Positions 61,887 to 64,000 of a DNA stretch of 64,000 bases are shown one piece after another. Location: positions 11,321 to 75,320 of the forward strand of contig JAPSKV010000013.1 in the NCBI GenBank assembly GCA_031181385.1, in the 5' to 3' direction. Position 1 is the first letter of the stretch. Each line of letters starts with the position of its first letter. The notes beneath the pieces were generated by a model. The model was not told the origin of the DNA. It saw only the letters and a list, made by a program, of their open reading frames with translations, and did not search any database. A program made the position numbers and the translations under genes. Source of the DNA: Fredinandcohnia onubensis (GTDB lineage Bacteria > Bacillota > Bacilli > Bacillales > Bacillaceae_L).

Positions 61887-63152
61887 ATGCGAATTGAACG
61901 TGTTACCAACACTGTTTCACTGAAACGGACCATTGATAGTGGGACAGAAGAACAAAGAAAAGCAGTCTTAGAAATTCTCGCTAACGTACAAAAAGAAGGG
62001 GATCAGGCCCTTCGTAACTACACTGAGAAATTTGACGGAGTTTTACTTGAGGGATTAAAAGTAACCGAGTCAGATTTCAAAGAAGCTTATCAAAAATTAG
62101 ACGCGAAACTTGTTCCAATTATTAAAGAAGCAGCTGAAAATATCCGTGATTACCATAGCCGTCAGGTAAAGCAGTCATGGATGACACTGAAGGACAATGG
62201 GACAATTCTCGGTCAAAAGATCACTCCACTTGATGCAGTTGGTGTCTATGTTCCTGGTGGGAAGGCTGCCTACCCGTCATCCGTCCTAATGAACGTCATT
62301 CCTGCACAGGTCGCTGGAGTCGAGAGGATTGTGATGGTGTCACCACCTGGAAAAGACGGTACCATTCCAGCTGGTGTATTAGTGGCTGCGGACATCCTTG
62401 GTGTGAAAGAAATCTATAAGGTCGGTGGTGCACAAGCAGTTGGGGCGTTGGCGTACGGAACGGAAACCATCAAGCCTGTTGATAAAATCGTCGGTCCTGG
62501 TAATATCTTTGTCGCATTAGCAAAACGTGAGGTATATGGAAACGTGGATATCGACATGATTGCAGGACCTAGTGAAATCGTCGTGTTGGCAGATGAGACA
62601 GCTCTTTCAAACGAAATCGCTGCAGATATACTCTCTCAAGCAGAGCATGATGAACGAGCATCAAGCATTCTCATCACACCATCAATGCAGCTTGCAGAAG
62701 CCGTTTCCGAAGAGGTTGAAAGACAGTTAAGCCTTCTTCCACGTGAAGCGATTGCTAGAGCCTCAATTAATGATTTTGGAGCCATTTACGTTACTGGTGA
62801 CCTAGATGAAGCAATTAAGGTTGTAAATGAGCTTGCTCCAGAGCATCTCGAAATCGTGACGGATGAACCGATGGAGCAGGTTGGAAAAATCAAGCACGCA
62901 GGCGCTATTTTTATAGGACGTTATAGTTCTGAGCCTGTCGGTGACTATTTTGCTGGTCCAAACCACGTCCTTCCGACAAACGGAACAGCACGTTTTTCAA
63001 GTCCACTAAGTGTGGATGATTTTACAAAAAAATCAAGCATTATTTCGTATAGTAAACAAGCGATTGAGGAGAACGGTCCGAAAATTGCTGCTTTTGCAAG
63101 ACTAGAGGGATTAGAAGCACACGCGAGAGCTGTTGAGGAACGATTAAAGTAG
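61887..63152 (+). CDS. hisD: Histidinol dehydrogenase
   Basis: [44 protein letters not shown]. Confidence 0.98.
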   Translation: MRIERVTNTVSLKRTIDSGTEEQRKAVLEILANVQKEGDQALRNYTEKFDGVLLEGLKVTESDFKEAYQKLDAKLVPIIKEAAENIRDYHSRQVKQSWMTLKDNGTILGQKITPLDAVGVYVPGGKAAYPSSVLMNVIPAQVAGVERIVMVSPPGKDGTIPAGVLVAADILGVKEIYKVGGAQAVGALAYGTETIKPVDKIVGPGNIFVALAKREVYGNVDIDMIAGPSEIVVLADETALSNEIAADILSQAEHDERASSILITPSMQLAEAVSEEVERQLSLLPREAIARASINDFGAIYVTGDLDEAIKVVNELAPEHLEIVTDEPMEQVGKIKHAGAIFIGRYSSEPVGDYFAGPNHVLPTNGTARFSSPLSVDDFTKKSSIISYSKQAIEENGPKIAAFARLEGLEAHARAVEERLK

Positions 63153-63154
63153 AA

Positions 63155-63296
63155 GTTCAAAAATTCGGGTGAAAATGACACTTCGAATTTCTGTGTTGGC
63201 TTGCTTTTCCGTTCCTCACGTATTAACTGCATACGTTCCGGTACTCAAAGCTGCGCCGCCTTGAAATTCTTGGTCCTTTTCAACCTCATTTTGAAC
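63155..63296. mobile_element. MITE-like repeat, short variant
   Basis: GTTCAAAA...TTTTGAAC ends; colinear with 38881-39080. Confidence 0.75.
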
Positions 63297-63330
63297 ATAT
63301 ATTAAAATAATTCACAAAATTCACATCTCG

Positions 63331-63368
63331 TTGTGGATTATGTGGATAATGTGGATAATAATCCACAA
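63331..63368. repeat. DnaA-box cluster
   Basis: TGTGGATTA, TGTGGATAA, TGTGGATAA (two perfect reverse boxes), then TAATCCACA. Confidence 0.65.
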
Positions 63369-63429
63369 AATTAAGAAATTTCAGGCGCTCGAAGTAATCA
63401 TTAAAATGTGAATAACGGTAGGTGTAATT

Positions 63430-64000
63430 ATGACAAGACAAGCAAAGGTTGAACGAAAAACAAATGAAACAGATATAAAATTAGATTTTGCAGTAGATGG
63501 GGAAGGCATTTCGAAGCTCGATACTGGCGTTCCATTTATGTCCCATATGCTAGATCTCTTTACACAACATGGAAAATTCAACTTAACAGTTGATGCAAAT
63601 GGTGATACAGAAATCGATGATCACCATACTACAGAGGACATTGGAATTTGTTTAGGACAGGCATTACGTGAAGCACTTGGAGATAAAAAAGGCATCAAGC
63701 GCTACGGTAACGCTTTTGTTCCAATGGATGAAGCTCTCGCACAGGTTGTTATCGATCTAGGAAATCGCCCACATTTCGAATTAAAAGCAGATTTCCCAAG
63801 TTCTCGAGTTGGCACATTTGATACAGAGCTTGTCCATGAATTTTTATGGAAGCTTGCATTAGAGGCAAGGATCAATCTCCACGTAATTGTTCACTACGGT
63901 CACAATACACATCATATGATTGAAGCTATTTTTAAAGCATTTGGTCGTGCATTAGATGAAGCAACGATGATTGACCCACGAGTTAAGGGGGTCCCGTCAA
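63430..64000 (+). CDS. hisB: Imidazoleglycerol-phosphate dehydratase (runs off window end)
   Basis: RKTNETDI, HMLD, DDHHTTED, GHNTHHMIEA, IDPRVKGVPS. Confidence 0.97.
   Translation, partial: MTRQAKVERKTNETDIKLDFAVDGEGISKLDTGVPFMSHMLDLFTQHGKFNLTVDANGDTEIDDHHTTEDIGICLGQALREALGDKKGIKRYGNAFVPMDEALAQVVIDLGNRPHFELKADFPSSRVGTFDTELVHEFLWKLALEARINLHVIVHYGHNTHHMIEAIFKAFGRALDEATMIDPRVKGVPS

Overview
Low-GC Bacillaceae chromosomal segment, mostly + strand. About 1-38 kb is an accessory patchwork: GNATs, VOC proteins, MFS pumps, an AraC-GyrI regulator, a standalone spoIIP paralogue, mqo, an ECF sigma/anti-sigma pair, a lmrAB-like pair, a czcO-czrA-czcD zinc locus, yclJK-htrA and several decayed genes. 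About 39-64 kb follows the conserved B. subtilis-like order csbA-uvrBA-yvlABCD-hprK-lgt-yvoD-ppaX-yvoF-hisZGDB, preceded by prfC and an iron/cobalamin-type ABC importer. The most notable non-coding structures are: (1) an 11.6-copy, 53-bp non-coding tandem array in which every unit carries two hairpins; (2) an apparently orphan c-di-GMP-I riboswitch just 3' of a Myb/HTH-like ORF, followed by a bidirectional terminator, a MITE-like element and a convergent 36-aa membrane peptide; (3) a cassette-like stack behind uvrA, with three near-identical terminator hairpins, four GGG(G)ACGGTTCT REP-like elements and an internally deleted RAYT (Y1 HUH) transposase; (4) a second MITE copy and DnaA-box-like 9-mer clusters in the his region. 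No CRISPR-Cas, rRNA, tRNA or intact transposase was seen. All family assignments are by motif recognition and synteny; no database searches were run.
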